Source of the DNA: an uncultured Bacteroidota bacterium
Lineage (GTDB): Bacteria > Bacteroidota > Bacteroidia > Bacteroidales > SZUA-534
NCBI GenBank assembly: GCA_946414435.1
Contig: CAMKOM010000012.1
Location: forward strand, 2,980-66,979
Direction: 5' to 3'
DNA: 64,000 nt
This document shows, in pieces, positions 38,115 through 48,234 of this stretch. The number at the start of each line of letters is the position of its first letter. Position 1 is the stretch's first letter. The notes beneath the pieces were generated by a model. The model searched no databases and was not told where the DNA came from. It saw only the letters and a list, made by a program, of their open reading frames with translations. The position numbers were made by a program, and so were the translations under genes.

Positions 38115-38951
38115 ATGAAAATTATTGTTGAAGCTGGTGGCACGAAATGCAAATGGGGATTGATTAACAATGATTTACAAATAATCAAAACTTCAGGATT
38201 TAACCCGAACATATCGCCAGCTTCTGTCCTTTTGTCTTTGTGCCACAATGTGCAACCCAAGATCACCGAAAACATCGATACTATCACATATTATGGCGCA
38301 GGCTGCTATGCAGAAACAAACAAAAAAATGGTTGCCGACACTCTGTCTTCAGCCTTTAATTGCGCAGATATTAAAGTCCTTACCGATTTGGAAGGCTCTG
38401 CAGTTGCGTTGTTTGGAAACCGCCCTGGCATTGCTGCCATTTTGGGTACTGGCGCAGCAGCAGGGTACTATAACGGGCAACGAATCGAACGCCAGACACC
38501 ATCATTAGGCTATCTGATTGGGGACGAAGGCAGCGGTGCATATATAGGTAAAATATTAATTGCCAAAGCTATACGTGGTGAATTCTCGAAAGAATTATGT
38601 AAAAAATTCTTTGATTTTACGGGACTATCCTCTGCTGAACTGATTAAAAACGTATATTCTGAACATCCCATAAACAGTTATCTCGCCAATTTCGTGCCTT
38701 TTGCATGTGCAAATATTACCGAACCAGAAATTGCGACACTCATCAATGACGCATTCTATTCATTCCACACAAAGCACATTGAGCCATTAAAAATGAAGGA
38801 TTTACCAATAGGCTTTGTTGGCGGTGTGGCATGGCAATTCAGCAGCCAACTCCGCGAATTCTATGCTCGGCACAATTTGGAAATAACCATTTTGAAAGAT
38901 GCTTTTGGACAACTTTGCAAATATCTTAGTAGTCCAAATTTATCTGAATAA
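38115..38951 (+). CDS. BadF/BadG/BcrA/BcrD-type ATPase (N-acetylglucosamine kinase-like)
   Basis: 278 aa. Contains MKIIVEAGGTKCKW, ILGTGAAAGY and IGDEGSGAYIG motifs. GC content is visibly lower than in neighbouring genes. Confidence 0.8.
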   Translation: MKIIVEAGGTKCKWGLINNDLQIIKTSGFNPNISPASVLLSLCHNVQPKITENIDTITYYGAGCYAETNKKMVADTLSSAFNCADIKVLTDLEGSAVALFGNRPGIAAILGTGAAAGYYNGQRIERQTPSLGYLIGDEGSGAYIGKILIAKAIRGEFSKELCKKFFDFTGLSSAELIKNVYSEHPINSYLANFVPFACANITEPEIATLINDAFYSFHTKHIEPLKMKDLPIGFVGGVAWQFSSQLREFYARHNLEITILKDAFGQLCKYLSSPNLSE

Positions 38952-38993
38952 ATAAGTTGTCTTACAAATCAACCATATTTTGTTTTGTGCAAC

Positions 38994-39023
38994 AAAAAAA
39001 AGGCCACCCGAATCTGGATGGCC
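38994..39023 (-). terminator. terminator after the 667-aa secreted protein gene
   Basis: Minus strand GGCCATCCagattcGGGTGGCC followed by TTTTTTTT. Confidence 0.75.
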
Positions 39024-39065
39024 TTAAATGCGCAAAGCGCATTTTATTTGTGTGTGAAAACAAAA

Positions 39066-41069
39066 TTACAATCCTAGTTTGAACACCACAATATCGGCGT
39101 CGTTGTAGGTGGCGCTCACCCAGACTGAATTGTCGGCGGCAGATGCTGCCAAACCATTGAAGGCCACTTGTTTCGAGCCGTCGAATGTTTTTGCGAAAAC
39201 AATCTTGCCGTTGGCGTCAATCTTAACCAGAACCATTGCGTTGCCGAATGTACCGCCGCTCACAACCGAGCCGTCGGGCATTACGCAGCTTTGAGTGAAG
39301 CAACCGTCGGCAGGCAGCTCAAATGTGGCTTCAGAGAGTTTTTTGCCGTTAGCATCCACGGTCATTGTGTAGCCCTGACTTTCTTTAGTGCCGGTGTAAA
39401 CAGTTTTGCCATTTGCTATTGCTGCAGCTGACAGCTTACAGCCTTCTGCCAATATATCCCATTTTATATAGCCGAGTTCATCAATCTGCATCACCCAGTT
39501 GCCGTTGAAGGCAATGCTACATACGTTGCCATTACTAGCCATCGATGTAACCTTATTGCCTGGCGCATAGGTACGTGTCCAGAGCTTACGGCCTTGTGCG
39601 TTCAGTTTGGTGATGAGCGGTGTCGGCAATGCGGTATCAGCAGTCTGCAGATAACCACCAAGCAGCGATTTGCCGTCCTCGTAAACCACCATTGAAAGCA
39701 CCTCGTTGCCCTCAAACTTGGCGTTGCAGACGTTCTTTCCCTGCGGGTTCATCTTGAAGAACCACGATTGGCCCGGCACGTTTCCGCGGATGGCGTTGGT
39801 GAGACCGGCGCCGTAGAGCGCGCCCGCTTTGTCAATATAAGCGGTGTTAACACGGTCGTCGAAATCGTTGCCCAAGATGTCGTTCTTAATCATCTTGCCT
39901 GTGGCATCGAGTTTAATCATCCACACATCATCCATATCATCGTTGAGCGACGGCGTGTTTGCAATAACCAGCAGAGAGCCGTCAGTGTAGGTTGCAATTG
40001 CACCACCATAGTCGCGTGCCTGCTTGTTGTCGAATCCGCGGATTACCTTGTAGTTTTCCATCGGCAGATCGGCAGCGATAGACTGCCCCAGAGCGGCAGA
40101 TTTAAGGTTGAAAATATCGATAAACATCTCACCTTCAGGATATTGCGACACAAACTTGTTGTATGCTTCAAGGCTGTTGACCGATTTAGCCCACTCAAAA
40201 AGCAACTGACGCTTCATAATCTTGGCATCGGGCATTTTGGGCGAGTTGGGATACTGCTCCATAAACTGCTCAATGGCTTCGAGAGTGTGCTTTTTGGCGG
40301 CCTCGTCGAACGCCAGAATACCCAGTTTCTTCTTGGCTTCCTCATACTGAACGGCATCAGGATAGTTGTCAACAAAATTTTTATATGCTGCAAACGTGTT
40401 AGCCTCTTGTGTCAGCTTGTAAGCCAATGCGTTACGCTCCTCGGCGGCGATTTTTGTTTGTGCTGCTTCAGGATACTTATTCAAGAAGTAGTTGAAAGCC
40501 TCTACAGTTCCTGCGTTCTCAGCCTTACGGAACTCAATGTAGTTGCGGATGTGAACCACATTGTTGTAGTATTTCGAATCGGGAAATTCCTCTAGGAATT
40601 TTTCGGCATATTGCAGATTATTCTCCTCACGAACGAACTTTATCAGCTTCTCTTCCACTGACTTACGCTCAATCTCCATATTCTTGTCGATTGGCTTGCC
40701 GCGACGCTCGAGTTTCTGCGCCATGAAATATCCGTCAAGCACCTTCTTGTCGTCAGGCGTGAAGGTTGATATTCCTGCATCGGCCTTTTTAAAATAGTGC
40801 CAGCCTCGGAAATAGTCTTTCTGCGAATATGCGTCGTATGACAGAATAATCGACATACCAAGGTTTGCCATGGCATTGCTGGCGTCCTTTGCAAGAACTT
40901 TCTCGAGAGTGGCGCGTGCCTTGTTCATGTTGTTATCCACATCGGGCTGACGCTCTTTGGCTTTCACACCGGCAATAATGTCTTCAAAAGCCTTGTCGGG
41001 TTTCTGAGCCAATGCCGGCATTGCAACAGCCGCCGACAATAGTATTGTAAATATAAAACGCTTGTTCAT
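39066..41069 (-). CDS. secreted hypothetical protein: N-terminal helical repeats plus C-terminal beta-rich (propeller-like) half
   Basis: 667 aa. Signal peptide MNKRFIFTILLSAAVAMPALAQ. Five repeats of the type F(L/V/M)xxYP(D/E/N)(S/A): FLEEFPDSKY, FLNKYPEAAQ, FVDNYPDAVQ, FMEQYPNSPK, FVSQYPEGEM. Confidence 0.75.
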   Translation of the reverse strand: MNKRFIFTILLSAAVAMPALAQKPDKAFEDIIAGVKAKERQPDVDNNMNKARATLEKVLAKDASNAMANLGMSIILSYDAYSQKDYFRGWHYFKKADAGISTFTPDDKKVLDGYFMAQKLERRGKPIDKNMEIERKSVEEKLIKFVREENNLQYAEKFLEEFPDSKYYNNVVHIRNYIEFRKAENAGTVEAFNYFLNKYPEAAQTKIAAEERNALAYKLTQEANTFAAYKNFVDNYPDAVQYEEAKKKLGILAFDEAAKKHTLEAIEQFMEQYPNSPKMPDAKIMKRQLLFEWAKSVNSLEAYNKFVSQYPEGEMFIDIFNLKSAALGQSIAADLPMENYKVIRGFDNKQARDYGGAIATYTDGSLLVIANTPSLNDDMDDVWMIKLDATGKMIKNDILGNDFDDRVNTAYIDKAGALYGAGLTNAIRGNVPGQSWFFKMNPQGKNVCNAKFEGNEVLSMVVYEDGKSLLGGYLQTADTALPTPLITKLNAQGRKLWTRTYAPGNKVTSMASNGNVCSIAFNGNWVMQIDELGYIKWDILAEGCKLSAAAIANGKTVYTGTKESQGYTMTVDANGKKLSEATFELPADGCFTQSCVMPDGSVVSGGTFGNAMVLVKIDANGKIVFAKTFDGSKQVAFNGLAASAADNSVWVSATYNDADIVVFKLGL

Positions 41070-41080
41070 AGTCGGTTAGA

Positions 41081-42487
41081 TTACTTTTTTAACACAAAAA
41101 ATTCAACTCGGCGATTATTGCTCTTGCCCTGTTCGGTCAGATTGGTGTCAATTGGGCGCGTTTTGCCGTAGCCTTTGGCTTGCAGCATGTTAGCGTTTAT
41201 TCCTTTCGATACCAGATAGTTAACCACGGCTTGTGCACGTGCCTGGCTCAACTTCTGATTAACTTCGTCGGACCCCACATTATCAGTGTGGCCGCTGATT
41301 TCAATCTGACTTACAGTTCCTTCGGCCAGGAAGGCTGCAACCTTGTCAAGCTCGGCGTTCGACTGCGGCAGAAGCGTGCTCTTGCCCGTCTCGAAGAAGA
41401 TGTTATTCAGAATTAGCGCCGAACCTTCCTCAATGTTGCGCAAACCATCAGTAAACGGGTCTTCGGGTATTTCAGGCTTCACAAAAACGACCTTGCCGCT
41501 GTTGTGGCAGTTGTTCTGGTCCGATACATTATAAGTATAGGTGCCAGCCGGCAGATTTGTCAGCTTCTGCCCTGTCGCACCGTTCGACCACTCGACTTTG
41601 TACGGCGGTGTTCCACCCGAAATGCCAAGGCTGATGACTCCATCGTCGATAATACGCTGGATTTTGCCCGTCACGGGATCCAAACCGCCTGTGTAAACCG
41701 AGTCAACTATTACAGTCTCAAGTCCTTTCGGGACGCAAGCGCAAACATCGCAATTGGTGAGCGGACGAATCTCAAAATCATCGAAGAAATAATATGCGTA
41801 TTTCTTGCCCTTTTTGTTCTGCACGTCCTTGCCGGTAACCACGTAATTAGTGTTGTCGTAATTCTTGAAGTTGCCAACAATAAAGAACGACTCGTTGCCA
41901 GAAGCAGTATAGAGCATGCAGTAGTGCTTCCACTCTTCGGTATTATCAAGAAACAGTCCCGACTCGTTGTTCAGCTGCGCGTTATAACTCAGGAACGTAT
42001 TGTTGCCGTTTTCAATCTTCTGTTCGGTAAAGTAGATGCTCATCTGGTCGACAGCAAACATCGAACCGTTGGCTAATTTGTACCAGAACGACACGCAGTA
42101 AACTTGTCCCGACTTCATTGGTGTTTTCAATTCTCCTTGAAAATACTCACGGTAATCACGGTCTGTACCGGTCAGGATTGCGCCCATATAGCCTTTCCCG
42201 CTGTGCGGCTGGCTGTAACCGGCAAAATTATCGGGCACACGCACCTCGCCGGTGCTGCACTTGTTGAAGTAGTCGGGCGTGGTGAACGACGGGTATGTCC
42301 AATGCGGTATCAGCCGGTGCGACTTGTCGTTGTAAATGTAGCCTTCTGGGCACTTCTCATACTGTTCGAAGCTCGGATTGAATACCATATTAGTTTCATC
42401 TTCAACATCTTGCGCCACAAGAAGCGCCGGACATGCGCACAAGATTCCGAGCAAATTGATAAATCTTTTGTTCATCGGTATTTTCAT
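41081..42487 (-). CDS. OmpA-family protein with N-terminal jelly-roll-like domain and a SprB-type repeat
   Basis: The C-terminus EISGHTDNVGSDEVNQKLSQARAQAVVNYL...NRRVEF is an OmpA peptidoglycan-binding domain. GGTPPYKVEWSNGATGQKLTNLPAGTYTYNVSDQNNC resembles a SprB repeat. An alternative ATG lies at 42475. Confidence 0.85.
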   Translation of the reverse strand: MKIPMNKRFINLLGILCACPALLVAQDVEDETNMVFNPSFEQYEKCPEGYIYNDKSHRLIPHWTYPSFTTPDYFNKCSTGEVRVPDNFAGYSQPHSGKGYMGAILTGTDRDYREYFQGELKTPMKSGQVYCVSFWYKLANGSMFAVDQMSIYFTEQKIENGNNTFLSYNAQLNNESGLFLDNTEEWKHYCMLYTASGNESFFIVGNFKNYDNTNYVVTGKDVQNKKGKKYAYYFFDDFEIRPLTNCDVCACVPKGLETVIVDSVYTGGLDPVTGKIQRIIDDGVISLGISGGTPPYKVEWSNGATGQKLTNLPAGTYTYNVSDQNNCHNSGKVVFVKPEIPEDPFTDGLRNIEEGSALILNNIFFETGKSTLLPQSNAELDKVAAFLAEGTVSQIEISGHTDNVGSDEVNQKLSQARAQAVVNYLVSKGINANMLQAKGYGKTRPIDTNLTEQGKSNNRRVEFFVLKK

Positions 42488-42639
42488 TTTTTTCGATTCA
42501 AAAAAGTGGGGTCAAGATACACAAAAACACATTGCTTGTATCGTTTTTCATACAGATAAAACTAACAACCATAATTGTTGTAAAGTGATTATTATATAGC
42601 AGTTAGGATTAAATTTCAAATGACGGTTAACAATTATTT

Positions 42640-42735
42640 ATGCATTTTACACTCCCCAACCTTTACACATTATACTTTCATCATTACTCTTTACTCTTTC
42701 CACTTTACTCTTTCCACTTTACTCCTTACTTTTGC
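42640..42735 (+). repeat. mosaic element L8 (upstream of HAD hydrolase)
   Basis: cattttacac..ctttacac, cattactctttactctttccactttactctttccactttactcc. These are the sense forms of the gtgtaaag and gagtaatg words. Confidence 0.75.
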
Positions 42736-42744
42736 GGCCGAATA

Positions 42745-43482
42745 ATGAGTAGTGAGATGATTCATACTGCCATACAAGACTATCTGTCGAAAACCGGCCA
42801 TGAAAGCCTGAATGTTAAGGCCATAATGTTTGATATGGACGGCGTTATCTTCAACAGCATGCCCCTTCACGCAAATGCGTGGGTAAAGGCCTTCTCAGAA
42901 ATAGGCATTCAATTTTCTGAATATCAAGTCTATTTGAACGAAGGCCGTACGGGTGCATCCACTATTGACGAACAGTTTCTTAAATATTTCAATCGCCACA
43001 GCACCACCGATGAACAACATGAAATCTACCGCATCAAAAGCGGTTTTTTTCGTCAGATGCCTTCCCCAGAACTCATTTGTAACATCACCGATGTGGTTGA
43101 CTATCTTGCCCAAAACGACATTGCCCGAACCATTGTCACCGGTTCTGGTGAGAGCTCGACACTTGACCGTGTTGAAAAACTATTCAACGGCCAATTCCGC
43201 CGCGAACTGATGGTTACAGCACACGATGTCACATACGGCAAACCCAACCCTGAGCCGTATTTGATGGGCTTACGTAAACTCGGCGTAGCGCCCAACGAAG
43301 CCTTGGTTGTGGAAAACGCACCTCTTGGTATTATGGCTGGTGTTGCAGCCGGTGTGTTTACAATTGGCGTCAACACGGGTATTCTCACCAAATCCGACTT
43401 AGCATCCGCCGGCGCTAATATTGTGTTCGACAATATGCTTCAACTGCTTGACGCACTGCCAGTTTTAACTGGCACACAATAA
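42745..43482 (+). CDS. HAD-superfamily hydrolase (beta-phosphoglucomutase-like)
   Basis: ATG at 42745. Motif I is MFDMDGVIFNS, and the later HAD motifs TGSG and GKPNPEPY are present. The upstream part of track ORF 42640.. is repeat DNA. Confidence 0.85.
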   Translation: MSSEMIHTAIQDYLSKTGHESLNVKAIMFDMDGVIFNSMPLHANAWVKAFSEIGIQFSEYQVYLNEGRTGASTIDEQFLKYFNRHSTTDEQHEIYRIKSGFFRQMPSPELICNITDVVDYLAQNDIARTIVTGSGESSTLDRVEKLFNGQFRRELMVTAHDVTYGKPNPEPYLMGLRKLGVAPNEALVVENAPLGIMAGVAAGVFTIGVNTGILTKSDLASAGANIVFDNMLQLLDALPVLTGTQ

Positions 43483-43588
43483 TTATCCGGAATGCATATT
43501 TATTGTTATACAATACAAAACAAATGATTATAATTGAAAAATGGATATACAACATATTTTTCAGTAAGAATAATCAACGTTAAGCTAT

Positions 43589-45595
43589 ATGAAACTATTG
43601 AGACAAAGCCTTTTAGCAATAGCAACCTTGTTTGCTTTCGCAGCCAACGCGCAAATCCAGAATCCAGTCAAATGGACCGTCAGCAGCCAAAAACTTTCCG
43701 ACACCGAGTATCAGATTGATTTCAAAGCACAAATCGATGCCAGCTGGCACATCTTTGCGCAATATCTGCCCAAAGGCAACTACTCGCTGCCGACAAGTTT
43801 TATATTTGAGCAACTAACTGATGTTGAGCGCGTTGACACGGTGCGCGAGTTGTCAAAAGTGACTGAAGAGAAAGACGAGATTGCTGGCGCAATGGTACGT
43901 TTCTTCGTCAATGAAGCCGTTTTCGCGCAGACTGTCAAAGTGACCGGCCCCGCCCCCACGGTAAGCGGCAAAATTGAGTACCAGACTTGTTCCGACGAGA
44001 TGTGCGTGATGGGCGACCAAGAGTTCAGCCTGTCGCTGCTGGACGGCGGACAGAGCGCTGTTCCTGCCCCATCCGAGCCGAGCAACGATGCAAAAATTAT
44101 TGAAAGTGAGCCTGTGGTGCACACAGCCAATTCTAATTCGCTCTGGAAAGTGATTCTCGAAGCCATTCTGTGGGGCTTTGCCGCGCTGCTCACACCGTGC
44201 GTCTTCCCAATGGTGCCGATGACCGTATCGTTCTTCCTGAAAAACGAGCAGAACAAAGGCCGTTCGCGCTCAATGGCATCAGCTTTCGGGTTGGCGATTG
44301 TGGCGCTCTACACCATTCCCATCGCAATCATCATTTTAGCCACATATCTAATTGGCGGACAATCGGTTACGGCCGATATTTTTAATTGGCTCTCAACGCA
44401 TTGGCTGCCTAACGTGTTGTTTTTCATCATTTTTATGGTGTTTGCGGCATCGTTTCTGGGCGCGTTTGAGATTGTACTGCCAAATTCGCTAATCAACAAA
44501 GCCGACTCGAACTCGAACCGCGGCGGACTGGTGGGCGTGCTCTTTATGGCTCTAACGCTGGTTTTGGTGTCGTTCTCGTGCACCGGCCCCATTGTGGGCA
44601 CCATCCTTGTGAAATCAACTCAAGGCGACATTTGGGAACCGATTATCACAATGTTGGCCTTCTCGGCGGCCTTTGCGTTGCCGTTCACTCTGTTGGCGTT
44701 TTTCCCGTCGTGGCTCACAAAACTGCCAAAATCAGGCAGTTGGCTCAACACGGTTAAGGTGACTTTAGGCTTTATCGAGATTGCGCTCGGCCTGAAATTC
44801 CTGAGCGTGGCCGACCAAACCTACCACTGGGGCATTCTTGACCGCGAAGTCTATCTGGCCATTTGGATTGCCGTTTTCGCCCTGCTGAGCCTGTTTCTGC
44901 TTGGAAAACTGCAGATTGGCGAAACAAAAAACGAGCCTCCGAAAGTGTTCCGTCTATTGCTTGGACTGCTCACAACGGCCTTCACCATCTACCTGATTCC
45001 CGGAATGTGGGGTGCGCCTTTGAAGGCCCTTTCGGGATATTTGCCGCCGCAAACGACCATCGATTTCGACCTTTCGGCGAAAGCCACAGCTGTCGCAGAC
45101 GACTACGAATCATCGCTTTGCGAAACGCCCAAATATGCCGACCTGCTGCATCTGCCGCACGGACTGCAAGGCTATTTCGACTATAATCAAGCACTTGAGT
45201 GTGCCCGCGAGCAGGGCAAGCCGCTGTTTATCGATTTTACCGGCCACGGCTGCGTCAACTGCCGCGAGATGGAAGCCCGCGTGTGGGCCGACGCCGAAGT
45301 GCTCGACCGCTTGCGCAATGACTATATTGTTGTGGCACTGTATGTTGACGACAAAACCGAACTGCCTGAATCGGAATGGGTGACATCAGACTACGATGGC
45401 AAGCTGAAGAAAAGCATCGGCAAGGTGAACGCCGATTTTCAAATCAGCCGCTTCAAAATCAACGCCCAGCCCTACTACTGCCTGCTCGACACCGACGGCA
45501 ACCTACTTGCCGACCCAATGGGTTACAACCTGAATGTCAGCGAGTTTGTGAATTTTTTGGATGAAGGAATCGGTCGTTTTGAAGAGAATAATTAG
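43589..45595 (+). CDS. dsbD: DsbD-family thiol:disulfide reductase
   Basis: 668 aa. Signal peptide, N-terminal DsbD-alpha-like domain, TM core with TPCVFPMVP and SCTGPIVG, and a C-terminal thioredoxin domain GHGCVNCREME. Confidence 0.9.
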   Translation: MKLLRQSLLAIATLFAFAANAQIQNPVKWTVSSQKLSDTEYQIDFKAQIDASWHIFAQYLPKGNYSLPTSFIFEQLTDVERVDTVRELSKVTEEKDEIAGAMVRFFVNEAVFAQTVKVTGPAPTVSGKIEYQTCSDEMCVMGDQEFSLSLLDGGQSAVPAPSEPSNDAKIIESEPVVHTANSNSLWKVILEAILWGFAALLTPCVFPMVPMTVSFFLKNEQNKGRSRSMASAFGLAIVALYTIPIAIIILATYLIGGQSVTADIFNWLSTHWLPNVLFFIIFMVFAASFLGAFEIVLPNSLINKADSNSNRGGLVGVLFMALTLVLVSFSCTGPIVGTILVKSTQGDIWEPIITMLAFSAAFALPFTLLAFFPSWLTKLPKSGSWLNTVKVTLGFIEIALGLKFLSVADQTYHWGILDREVYLAIWIAVFALLSLFLLGKLQIGETKNEPPKVFRLLLGLLTTAFTIYLIPGMWGAPLKALSGYLPPQTTIDFDLSAKATAVADDYESSLCETPKYADLLHLPHGLQGYFDYNQALECAREQGKPLFIDFTGHGCVNCREMEARVWADAEVLDRLRNDYIVVALYVDDKTELPESEWVTSDYDGKLKKSIGKVNADFQISRFKINAQPYYCLLDTDGNLLADPMGYNLNVSEFVNFLDEGIGRFEENN

Positions 45596-45651
45596 AAAAA
45601 AAACAATCGGTAAGATAATTTATTATATTTATGGCTTGTTGGCAACTGGCG

Positions 45652-48234
45652 ATGAAGAGACTTTCGATTATAACGATTTTACTCAGCCTGACTTTCTGCT
45701 GTCGGGCCACAATTGTCTTGACCGAAGCCAACTACAACAATCAGATTGACCTTTCCGAAAACATCTTCTACTACGAAGACCCCACCGGTGCGCTGACGTT
45801 CGAAACAACCATGTCGGAAAAATTCTTCCGCAACTACAACCAGTTGCAAAACAGCATTGTGACCATTGGTGGCAACAGAGGCAATCTTTGGCTTCTTATG
45901 GAAGTAAAAAACAACACAAAACGGGCACAGTCGTACTTCCTGAGCCTGAAAAACCCAATGATTGAAGAAGTTGTGCTGTTCTCGTCGACAGACTCAAGCT
46001 ATTTCAATACCGGTGTCCGCTACCCTTTCAAGCAACGCCCTGACGAATCGAAATACTACAATTTCATAATAAAAATAAACCCAGCAGAAACCGCAAAATA
46101 CTGCATAAGATTGTCGGCCCAACGCCATGTGCAACATGTTCCAATCGAGATGAAACCCGGCCGCAAGTATTTTGGCGATGGCAATTTCAATCAGATGATG
46201 AACGGACTGGTGTATGCACTAGCCCTGCTCACCATTCTTGCAATGCTGCTGCTTTACATCTCAGAAAAAGACAAAGTCTACATCAGTTGCCTTTTACTGA
46301 TGTGCGCTATCACAGCACTCCTGCTATGGTACGACCTCACAATATACAAGTTCGTTGTACCCAACTCGCCTGGCGATAATGTGCTGATAGGAAAAATCCT
46401 TCTGCCGTTGGCACTCACCGCGTTCATCTATTACGTGAAACAAAGCATGCCGCCGCGTCCTATCGCCAGGCTAAAAGCCGACATATCGAACATTATGCTG
46501 CTAATAGGAGCACTTGTGACATTTTTGTCGATGCTGTCGTTCGAATACAACGTCCGCCAAATCATACTATTCATATTTATCTTCCTAATTATAGGATATT
46601 TCGCCTACTGTACTGCCACAAGTGAACGCAGGAAATCTGTAGGCTTCAAGTTCAGGTTTGCCGTGTCGGCAACAATATTCATAACGTTAGTATACAAAAC
46701 TTTCATCAACAAAGAGTACGGAATGCTGGTTTACACCAACGAGCACTACGCCAAAATTGCCTTGATGACATTGGCCGCCTTGTCTTTGGTTGAATTCGGG
46801 CGTAAATTCATCAAATCTCGCACTGAATACCACGAGATGAGCATAAACATGGAGAAAAGCATCAGCAAACGTACCGAACTGATTAATCAACAGAACGATG
46901 AGCTGAACTCACAACGCGAAGAACTGATTCAACAGAAAAACGCGCTTCAAGACCAACGCGAAGAGTTGCGGGCACAAAAGGAACTTCTTCAAATGAAAAA
47001 CAATGAGTTGAACAAAATATCGCAGGTGACCAATCTGTCGAACAACCGCATATCGATATTCCAACCAAATGGTGAGATTGACTGGTTCAACGCGGCGTTT
47101 GCAAAACTCATCAACACTGAGCTAGAAGAATACAAATCAGGATCCGCAAAGAATATTGTCGACATCAGCAGCAACCCCGACAGTCTGCGCGAAGCTATCT
47201 CAACCTGCCTCACGCAGAAAGAAGCCTCGTCGTACGAATCAGAAGAAATCAACGAAAATGAAGAAAGCGTCTGGATGCAGACGACCCTCACCCCTATTCT
47301 GGATGCGAAAGAGAACGTGACACTCATAATCGCCGTGGACACCGACATCACGCAGCTGAAACTATATGAAAAGAATATTGAGCTGCAAAAAGCCGAAGCC
47401 GAGAAGCAACGCAATCTTGCCTTGCTACAAAAAGATGAGATTGAAGCCAAGCAGAACGAAATTTTTGGCAGCATACGATACGCCAAGCGAATACAAACCG
47501 CAATGATGCCGAAAATCAAACAGATACAACGCGATTTCAGCGACAGTTTCGTACTCTTTATGCCGAAAGACATTGTGAGTGGCGACTTCTACTGGTACCA
47601 CCGAATCGACAACAAATATTTTATTGCCGCCGTCGATTGCACCGGGCACGGAGTTCCTGGCGCATTCCTGTCAATCATTGGAAGTTATCTGCTAAACTCG
47701 ATTGTGATACACAATGCAGTATACCGTCCTGCCGACATTTTGAAACATCTGAACCGGAAAATCAAAATATCGCTGAAAAGCGAAGGAATGCTCGACCAAA
47801 ACAACGACGGAATGGACATCGCTATGGCCGTTATCGACAAAGAAAAGCACTCTATTGAATATGCTGGTGCACTGCGTCCGATGTATATGTTCAGTAACGG
47901 TGAATTTGTTGAGCTCAAAGGCGATAAAATTCCAATTTCAAGCAATATTCCGGGAACATCGATAAACAATAACTACACAAATCACGAGCACTCTTTTAAC
48001 CCCGGCGACCAATTCTACATCTTCTCCGATGGTATTATCGACCAATTTGGCGGCGGCGATGGCAAGAAATATCTTACCAAACGTTTCAAAGACTTACTTG
48101 AAGGGATTAAAGACCTGCCCATGAAAGAACAGAAAGAACTGATCAAGAAGGATCACGATGAATGGCGCGGCCGCTACGACCAGGTTGACGACATTCTGGT
48201 TATCGGTATCAGATACAGCTCGCAGGACCTTTGA
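45652..48234 (+). CDS. 7TM-DISM sensor fused to coiled coil, PAS-like region and PP2C/SpoIIE phosphatase
   Basis: ATG at 45652 gives signal-like MKRLSIITILLSLTFCCRA. An extracellular domain is followed by about 7 TM helices, the heptad region LINQQNDELNSQREELIQQKNALQDQREEL, and a C-terminal GDFYWY...DCTGHGVPGA...DGMD...SDG PP2C pattern. Confidence 0.85.
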   Translation: MKRLSIITILLSLTFCCRATIVLTEANYNNQIDLSENIFYYEDPTGALTFETTMSEKFFRNYNQLQNSIVTIGGNRGNLWLLMEVKNNTKRAQSYFLSLKNPMIEEVVLFSSTDSSYFNTGVRYPFKQRPDESKYYNFIIKINPAETAKYCIRLSAQRHVQHVPIEMKPGRKYFGDGNFNQMMNGLVYALALLTILAMLLLYISEKDKVYISCLLLMCAITALLLWYDLTIYKFVVPNSPGDNVLIGKILLPLALTAFIYYVKQSMPPRPIARLKADISNIMLLIGALVTFLSMLSFEYNVRQIILFIFIFLIIGYFAYCTATSERRKSVGFKFRFAVSATIFITLVYKTFINKEYGMLVYTNEHYAKIALMTLAALSLVEFGRKFIKSRTEYHEMSINMEKSISKRTELINQQNDELNSQREELIQQKNALQDQREELRAQKELLQMKNNELNKISQVTNLSNNRISIFQPNGEIDWFNAAFAKLINTELEEYKSGSAKNIVDISSNPDSLREAISTCLTQKEASSYESEEINENEESVWMQTTLTPILDAKENVTLIIAVDTDITQLKLYEKNIELQKAEAEKQRNLALLQKDEIEAKQNEIFGSIRYAKRIQTAMMPKIKQIQRDFSDSFVLFMPKDIVSGDFYWYHRIDNKYFIAAVDCTGHGVPGAFLSIIGSYLLNSIVIHNAVYRPADILKHLNRKIKISLKSEGMLDQNNDGMDIAMAVIDKEKHSIEYAGALRPMYMFSNGEFVELKGDKIPISSNIPGTSINNNYTNHEHSFNPGDQFYIFSDGIIDQFGGGDGKKYLTKRFKDLLEGIKDLPMKEQKELIKKDHDEWRGRYDQVDDILVIGIRYSSQDL

